From contig OZ210884.1 in assembly GCA_964658305.1 (NCBI GenBank), forward strand, positions 7,378,001-7,442,000: a DNA stretch of 64,000 nt, given 5' to 3'. Position 1 is the first letter of the stretch. Every line of letters begins with the position of its first letter. A program made the translations under genes and the position numbers. The notes under the pieces were generated by a model. It saw only the letters and a list, made by a program, of their open reading frames with translations, did no database searches and had not been told where the DNA came from. The DNA is from Leptogorgia sarmentosa (lineage: Eukaryota). Below are positions 1-22,871 of the stretch, piece by piece.

Positions 1-942
1 AATTACCACCAGGAATAAAGTTTTGAATTTACACATATTGTATTTTGACACATTTGGAAAAGTAAACTTCAGTCTTGTATGTAAAATACATGAAGAAAAC
101 GAGAATTTTTAAAACGTAGAAAGGAAGGGAAGTGTCACTACCCAGTCTACCCTCCCTCCTCCCTCATATCGACGCCTTTTTAAAGTTTTCGCGTGCAGAG
201 CATAATGAGATTAATTCGTAAGAAACGGATGCCATAAAAATTTTATAAACTGATTATAAACTCTATGCTTTGGCCCTTTAAGGTTTAAATTTTCAGGTAA
301 AGGTTCTTAAATAGCAATGTTGTTTAAATTTGCTAGCTGTTTTATCAGTTTTTTTCTCGGAACAGGTGTGTCCTGGAAAGATCAAACATTCTATCGTCGC
401 CTTCGCCTTCAAGGTGAATGGATTACGTTTAATTGTGCGATCAAAACATCTGAAAATGCGACTTTATGGTTTGGAAAAACGGAAAATGAAATGAAATATG
501 AAGTTGATGACAAAAAAATGAAGTTGGTTTCTAAGAATGTATTCAACATATCCAACTTGAAAACGAACGATGGGGGATGGTACAAGTGTAAAGTTTGTGG
601 TAAGAGACGCGCGAAGTTCCTCGAAGTAGTTTCAGGACAAGGTAAGTTCATAGCTGTGTAAAAATAACATTTCCATATAGATTCTGGTACGTTAATAACA
701 TTATGCTCCACTTTAGAGATAGATTTAACTGTAAAGCGTAAAGATTTTACCTTTGAAAATTGGGTAAACCGGAGCACGTCGCTGGGTTTAAATATCTGCA
801 AACTATGAGCTACAAGAGCGAACATGCGCGAAACAATCTTTGCAGACATGGAATACCTCCCATAATACATTCAGAAATTGTGGAAATAATGAACGAAAAA
901 TTTGGAAGCTTGCTCTCAAAATTTGGAAGCTTGCCCTCACTA

Positions 943-1270
943 CACAGCCAAAAACGCCACAGACTTGATGCAAATTGTGTGTATTACTGGCCTGATGCAA
1001 GTTGCCAACAAGTTGTATCAACCCTGTTGACTTTATCAAATTGCATCGAGTCTGTGAACATCGGACTTGCTGCAACTTGATATTGGCAGACTTGCTGCAA
1101 GTTGATAAAACAGCTTTTATCAAGCTTGCAAGCATTTGGCAACTTGCTACAAATCTGGTAACAACTTGTAGCAGACTTGTTATCCTCAAGCCGGAGCAAG
1201 CGATGCGAACGCATCCTGATATCTGCTTGGTGGTAGCAGACTTGCTGCAACTTGGGCGTTTTTGGCTGTG
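943..1270. mobile_element. Non-autonomous DNA transposon (MITE) with TA TSD and internal short repeats
   Basis: TIRs CACAGCCAAAAACGCC / GGCGTTTTTGGCTGTG flanked by TA on both sides, with several internal CAGACTTG(C/A)TGCAA motifs. This explains the spurious ORFs at 760-1445. Confidence 0.8.
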
Positions 1271-4200
1271 TACCTTTTCCACGCTTAGAGTTAAAATTCC
1301 AATGTTGAAAACGTTTCCGCTTAACAACTTTTTTTGAATTTGCTGTATATAGCGGTCTCCAATTTAATTGGGAAAAAAAAGAAATATCGTAATTTAGGTC
1401 ACGAAATAGTTCAGTTGATACCATTTTTATTGCCTGCATGCCCAATTAAAGTATAAAACAAAATTGAGAATGGAACACAAATTACCGTATAGTTGCCTGA
1501 GGTCAGTTGTCATAGCAACACATATATACGGAGGCGCTTCGCGGTGGTGCTCGCACCTTTGCTCGGGGATAATGGCACAGAGTAATTACATACAGAGGTC
1601 TAACTGTTGTACCGACTTTTTTGTGCGCATGCTCAGCAAGTTACTTGATGCGTGCATCTGATTGGATGATGACCTGATGACGATTAAATTTAAATTCCCG
1701 TGCATGCGTAGGTGATCACTTTTTTGCCAGACCGCATTAAAAATGTGAGTATATGAAAATATGACTTATTAATATTTAGTTAGACCTCCGTGATAATAGC
1801 TTAGATAAACTTGCTATAAAATATCTCGTTGTAGGAAAAGCATATGCCAAACCAATAGTGGAGAAGAAACCAAATAAAACATCGTATGAAATCGGAGGCA
1901 ATGTGACATTATCGTGCCAAGTTGAAGGAACTACTTGTGCAGTGTATGATATCAAGTGGTATAAACAACTTCCTAATGGGAAGTTCAAACTTCTTAAATC
2001 AGAAGAAAGTGTCGTAAAAAGCAGTTGGACGCCGAATGAGTTGTCGGGACAGAATGAAGGAACCTACAAATGTACAATATTTCGCTCCGTACTTCGGTAT
2101 AGTGCCAGTGCGTTGGTAAATATAAACGTTAAAGGTATTGTAAACTTTATGATTTGCTTTATTAAAATAATTATTGACTGTATTGTTTTTTTTCGTAAAA
2201 CAATTATTTGAATATCCTGTGGCTGAGCTAAAATCTGCATTCTTAAACGCTGGGACACCTGGTCTTCATAGATCATGCTATAAATTGCGCAACATTTTTA
2301 TAATTTTCTTATTTTTTACTTTAGAACCGATAAAACCTGAGATTCATATGGTTAACAAAGATAATTTTCAAGTGGTGCAGGAGAATGATTTTTCATTACC
2401 ATACAAAGTGACATCTTACCCAGCCAACTCTGATATTTATTGGTGGAGATCTAAAGATGGAGAAAAGTATGAGTTGGTCACTGAGTGTTTAGCCAAGTCA
2501 GAAAAGTGTGAAAAGCATTCGGGAAAAGAGAATATTTCAAAAACTAGTTTGGAAATCAAGGATCTGAAATTTCCTCAAGATGAATATTTCTACAAAATAA
2601 AAGCATCCAACAAACATGGGAATGACTCGAAAACCTTTGAACTCAATGTTTACGGTAATAGTTTGCATATATTAGTTTTGGCACCAAATTTATTCTAATA
2701 TTCGTGGGACTTTGGAAAACACCAAACTGATATAAGGTAGGGCCAGGTTAACCAGGAACCTCGATAACCTATAGGCCCAGACAGAGGGCCCTCCTGACAT
2801 TTCACGAACATTTAAGTTACTCACAATGGACACTGTAGGTTGATTGATTGATTGAGAAAATGTGTCCTATACATGAATTCATGTGTGATGTAACCAAAAG
2901 GGACGTTTAAGCTGGTTGGGTGGTCGTTTTGGGTAGTGGGATACTCCAGAGAAAACGAATTTATAACGGACCATTATATATGGCCTCCTAGGGCGTTCAG
3001 GTTACGGTCATTCAGGCCTTAATCCGCCTATCTGTAATTAGGTTATATTTACGGTTGGAGTATTTACATTTATTTACAACATTTAGCATGGCGGGGTGGG
3101 GGTTAGTTTGCATGAAAACCGTTTGTCTGTTTGTAAGAATTTCTTGTATTTCTCGCGTGTGCGTTTATATATTTGTGATGTGAACTATGTGGGATAGGAA
3201 CACTTCATGCATGTGTAAAATTCTTGCGTCAAATAGGCGAAATGATTCTGCCAATAATTTCAACAATTCAGAATAAAACTACACTCTTCAATTCCATCCC
3301 ATCTTCTCTGATTCTTTCTTTAATTCGTAATATTTTGCAGTGAAACCTGTCATAGCACTGGAAACAACCCATATTTTCAAGAAAGGAATGGTAATAAACT
3401 GCACACTGGATAAAGGTGACATTAATCCACGACAAGTGAACTACACTTGGTATTATTGCGGTACTTTCAAATGTTCCGAAAAAAAGCGAAAATTGATGGC
3501 ATCGTATGCTTTACACCTCCCTAAAAGTCAATCAGCGCCTAAAATGTATTATCGATGTGAAGCTGCTAACGCCGCTGGCAGTGACTATCACGATATCAAA
3601 GTGGTGCAGCAGCATTCAAATACAAGTTAGTATAAATCATAAATCATAAAACTACACTGAGCTGTTTCTGAAACCCTTTTTTTCTATTATATAAATGTTA
3701 ACATTTTGACAACAAAGCGGGAAGATCCCAGATGTATATTCAATAATTAATGACATAATGTATAGTAGTGCTGTGAGTAACTGAGTAATGGAGTCTTATT
3801 CTATTAATTCTTAAATGAGTAGTGATCATGTTAGGTTACACGTATGTGCGTATAATATAATTGGGATTTAAACAAGCGTAATTTGAAATATGAAAAAATT
3901 CCAACATTATTAGTATTCCATTTCCCGACAGCACAAGGCTATACAGTGAATGCTACAACAAATTAAACACTAAAAATCTTTTCTTCAGGGAGAAGGAATA
4001 ATACGTAGCTACATACATGCTATTCTTAATAAACATATTATACAAATGATTGTTTATCAGTGAAACTAAGTTCTAATTGCTATGGACAACTTAATTAGAT
4101 GTTTATCAAGTAGGTTTAAAATTGGACATTTTGATGATTTTAGAAAACAGCCAAAAAGGAAACTTGCTTTCGATCATCGTTCCCATTGCATTGATATCTA

Positions 4201-5664
4201 TTATCATTTTGGTTGCGGCGAGTTTTGTGCTGTACAGACGAAAGAAACTTTATGGTGGCTTTTACCTCTTCTCTTATCCACCCTTACCTGACTACATGGC
4301 TATTTTGGATAAAAATGGAAATATTCAAGATCAACTTCAAAAGTTGCCGTTTATACCTGAATGGGAATTTCCAAGAGAAAGAATTATGCTTGGTAAATAA
4401 ATAGCCTAAATTTAGCCATTTGCGAATTGAGCAGAGAACTGGGTCTAGTCGCTGTCACCGAAGCGACAAATTAAACAATATGCCGAATATGAAATCTAGG
4501 AAGTTTTCCTGAAGTTTTTCAAACTTCCTAAAGTTCTTTGTGCAGCGTGAAATGAGGCAATTATTATATTTGAGGCATCAATTAATATATTTCAGCTCGT
4601 TGACTATAACTTGTGGTCTTTCCAAACATCAACTAGAGCCAGTCCTTTTGCACGATTGGGAAGGGGCTAAATAGAAAATGTTATGAGTTAAAGAGAAGTT
4701 AAATAGAAAAATATTAGATGAGTAATGTAGAAGATAATAGAAGATATTAGATAAAGTGACCTGCATGATTTCCATCAAGTTTGTTTTTGTACATGTATAA
4801 AAAAATTTAATTACAGTAAGTTAATTATGTGAGTATAGTAGAAGAATTTGTGAATACCATAACGCGTTGCATGTGATGCCAAAGCTTGTGAGTATAAAAC
4901 AATTGACATCATTTGAATGGAATATTTTCCAGTGAGCGAACTTGGATCTGGGCAATTTGGGATGGTTTGGTTGGCAGATGCAATTGGTATATCTGCATTT
5001 CGTCCCAGAGACGCATTGAGAGAGAGAGCGGGCGGTAGAAGACTTTCGTCATTATTTGATCGAACAGCAAAAAGAAACAGCTACATATATTGTAAAGAAA
5101 TAACTCAAGTTGCAGTGAAAACTGTTAAAGGTTTGACAATTTTAATGTTCTGTAATCATTTATAAAAAATAGTTTTTGCAAAGCTAAAACTGTGAACTTT
5201 AAACTCAAATTTAAAGTGCAATTTGAGCATCATGCAGTATATTTTTATTATACATAGTTTTGAAATCATATAAGAATCCCCGTTTTTTGAAGATATGGTT
5301 TATTAGTCTCCTTAAAAAAACAGTTGTGGAGGGTATATTGCCAAAGCCCATTATAGTTATATAGAAATATTCAACTTTCACAAATAAGTCAATTGTTCCC
5401 TACTGCTCAGTGCTCAGCTATATAGTTGAATGTAATGAGATGCATAACATGCATAATTTTCCTCTGGCAGACAACTATGGACGAAACGATATTGCGGACC
5501 TGAAATCTGAGCTGAAGATTTTAATTCATGTTGGTGAGAACGAAAACATTGTCAACATACTAGGTGCTTGTACAAAAGGTGAGGCATATACATAGTATGT
5601 GAATTTTTTAAAAATATTAATGAGTAACATTGGTGAGCTAGCATGCAAGCATTTTTCCATACAA

Positions 5665-5894
5665 GGACCGGTTGTTCAAAGCTAGGTTAAGGCTAATCCT
5701 GGGTTAAGATTTAACCCAGTGTTTTAGTTTGTTTAGTGTTTTACTTGGAAATTTAAAAGAAGAAAACTCTAAATGATCTAGTCAAGATTTCGGAAGAAAC
5801 ATTTCTAAATTCAAAAACAACTTGTTGGAGAATTTGCTTTGAATTTTAAGTTAAGTACCAGGTGTAAACTGACCTGCTGTTGAACAACCTGCCC
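5665..5894. mobile_element. MITE (Harbinger-like TIRs)
   Basis: Imperfect TIRs GGACCGGTTGTTCAA ... TTGAACAACCTGCCC; no clear TSD. Confidence 0.55.
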
Positions 5895-5923
5895 TAGGAC
5901 GTAATACCTAATAATAGAGACCA

Positions 5924-6460
5924 TCATATCAAGATTGTTCGCTCTCGATTTCTTGAGATCGAGGTGGTAGCTAGCTGATGCAACCAAAATCAACTATCAC
6001 CTCGAGAGAAATCCACAGCGATGTTTCAGTAGAATCACAGATCATGCAGACGTAAAATATTCCACATAATAATTTTGAAACGCGAGCAAGGAGACATGTT
6101 AGCCAGGAAAATCATTGTTTGCTATTTGCTCTGTATCGAGCCCTTGCATGCAATAACATCTTGCTAGCTATATGATTCTACCGTATTTTCCTGAATTATG
6201 CGGAGGACATTCTGTGCATCGAATCAACTATCATCTCGTAGAAATCGAGAGCGAGTAAAATCTAATTGTTTTAGTAGAATAAGAGATCAAACATGAAAAT
6301 ATTGCAAAAAATAATTTAAAACCGCGTCTCAGAAGACATTTTCTTGAACGAAAATTCACATATTTTGCTACTCGCTATCTATCGAGGAATAGATAGCGAG
6401 TAGAGTAGCCAATCAAATTGCAGCATTTGCAATAGTATACGAGTATGATTCTACTAATAG
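5924..6460. repeat. Interspersed repeat with internal palindromes (unclassified)
   Basis: CGCTCTCGATTTCT..GAG near 5940 is inverted relative to CTCGTAGAAATCGAGAGCG near 6236. A hairpin CTACTCGCTATCTAT..ATAGATAGCGAGTAG lies at about 6368-6402. Boundaries are approximate. Confidence 0.45.
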
Positions 6461-9391
6461 ACATTATCTCCTAGGTAAAAGTTCAGATCTGTATATAATA
6501 ATGGAATACTGTCCACATGGAAATCTCCGAGAATTCCTGAAAAATAGCCGTGATCGGTACAGGGTGGAGGAAAATGGTTTAATTACAGACCTTTCCCAAG
6601 AATTTGGTCCAAAAAACTTGACACATTTTGGTCTCCAAATTGCAAAGGGAATGAAATTCTTGATTTCACGAAAGGTAGTTTTTTCTCCATCACACTGTGT
6701 ACAAAATTTCACTTTGTATCCTTAATTTTCTAGCACTTTTCCATATTTTCTCATCTGTTACCTTTCAGGTGATTCACCGAGATCTGGCAGCACGAAATAT
6801 TTTGATTGGTCAGGCGTATATGTCGCGAAAGTAGGAGACTTTGGTTTGGCCAGAGATGTTTACAAATACCAAGAATACGTACGAACATCAACGGTAAGTT
6901 TGCATGGAAGCAAATAACGCTTTTCACAAGATAGTAATTTTTGCAATCCTTATAAAATGCTGAAAATCCTGTGAACTTAAAAAAAATTGACTTGTGATCA
7001 TAAAAAACATGGGACTTACAAATACTTAACTTTATTGAGCAATATCTATTATCCAGTGAATAATGGTGTCCAGGATTTGGAGAAACTTAATGAACTCTTC
7101 GATCCTTATAAATTTTCAAATTTGCATTAATTGGCATTCATATATACAATTTTTGTGTGCCTTATTCTAACCCAAACATGACGTTGTCCTTCTTATAGGG
7201 AATGGTTCCATTTAAATGGATGGCTCTTGAATCTATCAAGGATGCGGTATCCACTGAAAAATCAGATGTGTAAGTAGACAAACCAGTACAAGAGAGTAAA
7301 TTAACAAAATTGTTTATTACTAATCGTCACTGAGTTCATAAAAAATGTCGAAATCTAGATTAAAAATGGACCATGCGCATACACAGATACATGAGTGTAC
7401 TACTATACGAAATCATGAAATAACGCACTACTGCCATGCTATTTTGCTTTGTTGGTTGAAAAAAAAGGAATATTATTTTACGAATATTTTTTTCTCTGTT
7501 TAAATTTAGCTGGTCATTTGGCGTTTTGCTTTGGGAACTGTTCACATTAGGTCAGTATTTCTATCCCTGTTTTGTTCTTGCATGCTCATGAAGTTTTTCA
7601 TCTCATTTCTTCATTTGAATTTTTGCGTACACTGGATGTTAAAAGAGAAACTGGTATTTTTAGGAGGGACTCCATACCCAGCGATGTCCGTCAGTGAAGT
7701 AAATGAATTCTTACAGAAAGGAAAGCGAATGGATCCACCTGTTCATTGTCCTCAGGAAATGTAAGTCAAACATGATCTTTGAAAAGTACTTCCCTATTCC
7801 CTTTTAAGAACTAGTCGTTTTACTGTTTAACGTTTTGTGACTTAGAATAATTGTAGTAGACTAATTACTGTGAATGAATGATGGGCCCTGTGGTATTTGA
7901 TAATTAAATCCTTATTAGTCATCAGTGATAATTTTTGCTTACTGTGTTTGCAGATACCATGTCATGTCAACATGTTGGGCAGAAAATCCTGAAGAACGGC
8001 CAGATTTTTCCACTTTAAATGAGACATTTTCGAAAATTCTCGATTTCAAACCAGTGACGCAGGTATGAATGTTAGAAACTGTATATTGCTGGAAACGGCC
8101 ATTTCGGAGCCTTTACTCTACCTTTTAGGTAGGCTCATTCAGGTTACGACCTAACCCGACTTCTTATGGGACCGACTTTTTTTACAATCTTGACTGAAAT
8201 GTGCACGGACTGCCGATTTTATAACTCTGACGTGGGAGTTTGACACCTTATCACACCCCAACACACCCCACGCACACTGATGCATGTGCACAATGGAATA
8301 CCTTTTCATCTTAAGGTTTCCGGCAAGGGCTTAGATGGCCTGATTCAAACATGGGTTTCGATGAATCGGAGCGTGTGAATCATTGATGTGTTATTTTAGA
8401 AGACATTTACTAATAAGTTAACAAAATTTTACTAAACTACAAAAACTAAGTTGTCACGTCTTAATTTAAGCCTGCATTAAGCGAGTTTATTAATCAATTT
8501 TGACATGTTTATCTTCATGATAATATTATTTAACTTCAACTTTAAAGGAATCTGAAGTTTTCAACGAAATCAAGAAAGGATGTCCAAATGAAAACAATGA
8601 ATTGGATTATATTCAACCAAACGTGGACAGCGAGAAAGAAAAATTCATTTGCGTGGCATAAATTTTAAACGCATCTTACAAAGTTATATATACTCGTTTC
8701 ACATTTTATTAAATTATTTAGAAAGGCAAAGTTTATACTGAAAATCGGAGTGACATCAAGTTAAGACGCTTTCCAGTCTTCTTTGCTCTTGAAAATTTTT
8801 GAATATGTGCAGTTTTCGTTTAACTCTGTTATATTATAAAATTCTTTTTCGTGGCATACATTTTACACGTATCTTACTACTAAACAAAGTTACATAGCTA
8901 CTTGTTAAACGTTAGTTGCATTACCTAGAAAGACAACTTACTGAGTATATTCAGTTAAAATGCATGAGTAAATTGAAAATGTTTAATTACTTGGGAAGTC
9001 CAAAGGTCTAATAAGATACCCTGGTCAACTCTCGAAATAAAATTCATATTTCACGCACATCAATGTATTATCCTTTATTTATATATATATTATACCTCAA
9101 ATTCAATTTTTCCAATGAAAAAAGAGCGTTTGTACCACGAGTGATAGTGTGATTTTTTACGGTATTTCCCTCAAATTCATGATTTCGCAATCCAGCGTGG
9201 GATACTTTAATACCCCACGGCAGATCCACCGATAAAAAGCGATGTTGGTAGTGTTTTTGATCATGAAAATATTGAAGATGAGATCCAAGTCCCACAAAAG
9301 CCGATGTGTATATTTGCGCGACTCATTGAGTGTATAAATGCATTGATAACAGGCATCATTGTATCTGCGTCAGAGTTCAGACACGATATTA

Positions 9392-9644
9392 AGGCCTGAT
9401 TCCACGGGCGATATTTCTTGGCGAAATGCGAAAATTTTCGCGCGAAATAATTGTACGCATGCGTGATAAAGGCAAAAAAGATTTCGCGAGAAAAAATTTC
9501 GCTTCGCCAGTGAGTAGAAGTCGGTTCTACTCACTGCGAAAGCGAGAAATGTGGGAGAATTCAATAGAATCGCTCATGTGCAACCATCCGCATTTCGCAG
9601 ACACAGTTTCTCGCGAAAGATTTCGCCGTTGTGGAATCAGACCT
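9392..9644. mobile_element. PIF/Harbinger-type MITE
   Basis: TIRs AGGCCTGATTCCAC / GTGGAATCAGACCT with TTA on both flanks. Confidence 0.8.
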
Positions 9645-11151
9645 TTAGAAGTGGCTGATTTGATATGGATTGTCGACAGAGTTTGCAACTAATGCATGCT
9701 CCTTGCCTGAATACGTATGCAGATTTTCACTGGCAAAACCATAGTTGTCGTTATCGGAACCCCGTTTGCTTTCACGACTCGATAAACGCGGGTGTATTCA
9801 TGAACATACACAACAACGCTAAGTCCGCTAAGGAAATATGAGTAAAGCTATGCTCATGCATACATGATACATCGACTTCCGTCCTTTTAATTAGCTACGT
9901 CAAATCGGCGTCATATTTCAAAAGCAAAAATTCGCAAGTATAACCAGTGAAGCAAAAATTATCCGTGTTACTGTTCCCCTTCTTCAATATTCATAAAAAA
10001 TATACCAAATTGATCAGGAATGATTGATTCGATTCCGTAGCCATTGTTTTGTTCGTATAGCAGGAGTCAGATAACATTTTGGTCATTTGGTGGTACAGAC
10101 CGGTATTGAGTAGAATTGATGAATTAACATATGAATGTTAAAGGAAATGGAGTAACGTTTGACGTGAGATGTAACTGGCGCCAGTGCCATTCTCCTGCTT
10201 TTCTCCGAGAAACGTTGTTGTTGTTTCACAACTAACGAGATCTTCAAATCTTGTATCTGAGAATTAACTGTTTTAAACCTGTGAAGGACCTTGCGAGCTG
10301 GACACAAGCGGGAACAATCGGTAGATTAATTAATATTGTTATCTTATGTATATTTATATGTCTATATTTTATCGATAATTACCTAATTCGTGGTTCTTTG
10401 TTTGTATTAGTTGACATATATAGCTGTACTATCATTATCATCCGACAGTTGAATGATTCGATTTGCGCATGCCGTGTTCTTGTAAATGATATTTATGTGT
10501 TAACTGCATGGTTGTAAACGAAAACTCCTTGATGTGCCCATGATAACCCCTGCGACTAAACAATAGTTCAGACGTCCAACTTTTCATGTGCCGACCAAAT
10601 GTTAATGAGTAGTGTATTTGTTTGAACTTACTTGCATTAGATTCGGTACATGAAAAGTTCGACGTGTGAACTGGGCCCAATTAAGTAAATATAGGGTGGG
10701 AGTAATTAAGGTATCGAAATATTTATTATTGTATTTGCACTCGAACGATTTTCGGTACTTTCAAACAGCTATATATCCATTGTATTACACTGCAGGTATA
10801 GACAAAAATAAGCAATATGAATAGCTTGTAATTAGTAAAATAACTTGTTTTGGATTTGGGTTACCAGACATAATTTTGACCGTAGCGCGGTTAGAATTGC
10901 ATGATTATGTAGGTATTAATAGTGCAGTTATTGAAGACTGTCAAATGCGACATCGAGAAGAAGGGAAATTGATCTGGTTGCCGTTTTTACTATTTTTAAT
11001 TTAATTTTATCTCCATATATTACATTTCATTATCTATCGAAAAGTGAAGTTCGGAACGTTTACATAATGCCAATGCAAGTCTATGAGATATTTTCTTTAA
11101 GGGGAAAAAATAAGGACATATTGCATATTGACACGCAATCATATTGGTATA

Positions 11152-11321
11152 CAGTAGAGTCCCGCTATCTGAATCTCGCGTTATCTCGAACTAAAGCCAG
11201 TTCCCTTGAAACTCATGCATAGCACATTTATATCAACCCTCGCTATTTGGAACTCCCAGTATCTGGAACAAATTTTCGTTGCCGTGGAGAGTCCCAGCTA
11301 GCGGGATTGTATTCAGAACTG
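11152..11321. mobile_element. Tc1/mariner (pogo/Tigger-like) MITE, degenerate
   Basis: TA|CAGTAGAGTCCCGCTA ... TAGCGGGA...ACTG|TA, with internal TATCTCGAAC-type motifs. Confidence 0.65.
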
Positions 11322-11955
11322 TATACGTTCCCTCACGACTTCCTCTAGTAATTAAATATATAGGATCACGTATAATATGTGCAATAAATATACTATAGAG
11401 CCTAGAGGTCAAAGTAGGAGGAATAGATTATGTTTTTTTCTACTCTTATAAGATTAAAAAAATACACAGCTTTAAGTCACGCATGTGTCGCACAACAACA
11501 AAACTAAATATTTATTCAGGGAAATGAACATCTTTTTGTTTTTAAGTTTTCTTTTGAATCATGTATTTATGCCCACTAGCTCGCGAACACAAGTGGAGAG
11601 TCCCTTTCATATAATATGACGTTATAGAAATAATAAAAAAGAATTTCTAAGACCCCGTTCACACGGTATATCGGATCAACATGCACGGTCACAATATCGA
11701 ATAATTTTCTCTTAAATTTATGATAATGTTACAGAATTAATTAAATAACCATAATATACAAAAAGTGGTAAGAGTAAAGACGGCTTCACTAGTTGGCTCC
11801 CTAAGTACCACCCCTAAATACGAAGTTTGATAATGTAATTAAGAACATTCGTAACGAACTTCGCAACATTTTTTTGAAAAGCTACCTGAATTTGAAAATA
11901 AATTCACATTTCTTACTTAGTTAGATATTCATCTTGGAGTGCAGCGTTGGAGAAG

Positions 11956-22099
<10,144 letters not shown>

Positions 22100-22871
22100 A
22101 TTTTAAACGTATCTTACTACTAAATAAAGTTACATATACTCGTTTCACATTTTATCACATTAATTAACTTAGAAAAGCAAAGTTTATACTGAAAATGTGT
22201 CCATGCAGTTACACGATACTGGATTCACATCGTAGTGACATCAAGTTAAGACGCTTTTGAAACTTTGCTTTTGAAACCTTTGTTTTGGAGTTTTCGTTTA
22301 ACTCTGTTATAGCTATTATCACAATTTTAAGTGTTACATCCACATTGAGAAATAGTAAATTTCAAAAGTCAATCCGCTGGAAATCTGGTATAGTGTAACT
22401 GCATGAGTCCTGAATAAATTCAAATGTACAATTGGTACCAAGTAATAAACCATGCATTCGTAACGATTACTATACTACCAATAAACCATGCAATATAATT
22501 AAATTTGAAATTGTGATGGAATTTTTTAGTACCTACATTTATAAAGAAAGGGCCACTCTACCGTATAGTAGCGTGAGCGGTTGAATTAATATTTCCTTAG
22601 AGGTGGCAATGCTTACGTGGGATAGTTCGCCATATATAGGGCTTCCCAAGCTTATATAGTTAAATTCCCTAAAATTTAAGCATCGGAAATTCTTAACACC
22701 ATTTCGCTCATTCTTTATCAAAGGATGATTTCTTACGGCAAACACACGTTTTCAACACAAAAGCGGAAACAGACAAATAGAGAGATCATCATATTTCGTG
22801 TAGGTGAATAACAACATTCTGAAAAATCGCGACGCATTTCCGAATCAGCAAAACACGACATCAGCGACTAA

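Larger units (their letters stand above)
366..8661 (+). pseudogene. Ig-domain receptor tyrosine kinase (FGFR/VEGFR-like), copy 1; 5'-partial; frameshifted in the kinase domain
   Basis: Exons: 366-641, 1835-2134, 2325-2654, 3341-3625 (4 Ig-like); 4144-4392 (TM LLSIIVPIALISIIILVAASFVLY, then WEFPRE); 4933-5130 (GSGQFG, VAVK); 5471-5578; 6475-6674 (MEYC); 6769-6893 (HRDLAARN); 7199-7269; 7510-7550; 7664-7760; 7954-8062; 8548-8661 (stop). The HRD exon is 125 nt versus 123 nt in copy 2: an extra TA near 6817-6820 gives TAG at 6832-6834, before DFG. The signal-peptide exon is presumably upstream of the window. Confidence 0.85.

Noticed and set aside
760..1445. Overlapping 106-174 aa ORFs
   Set aside because: They fall within an intronic MITE with TIRs and a TA TSD and show no protein motifs.
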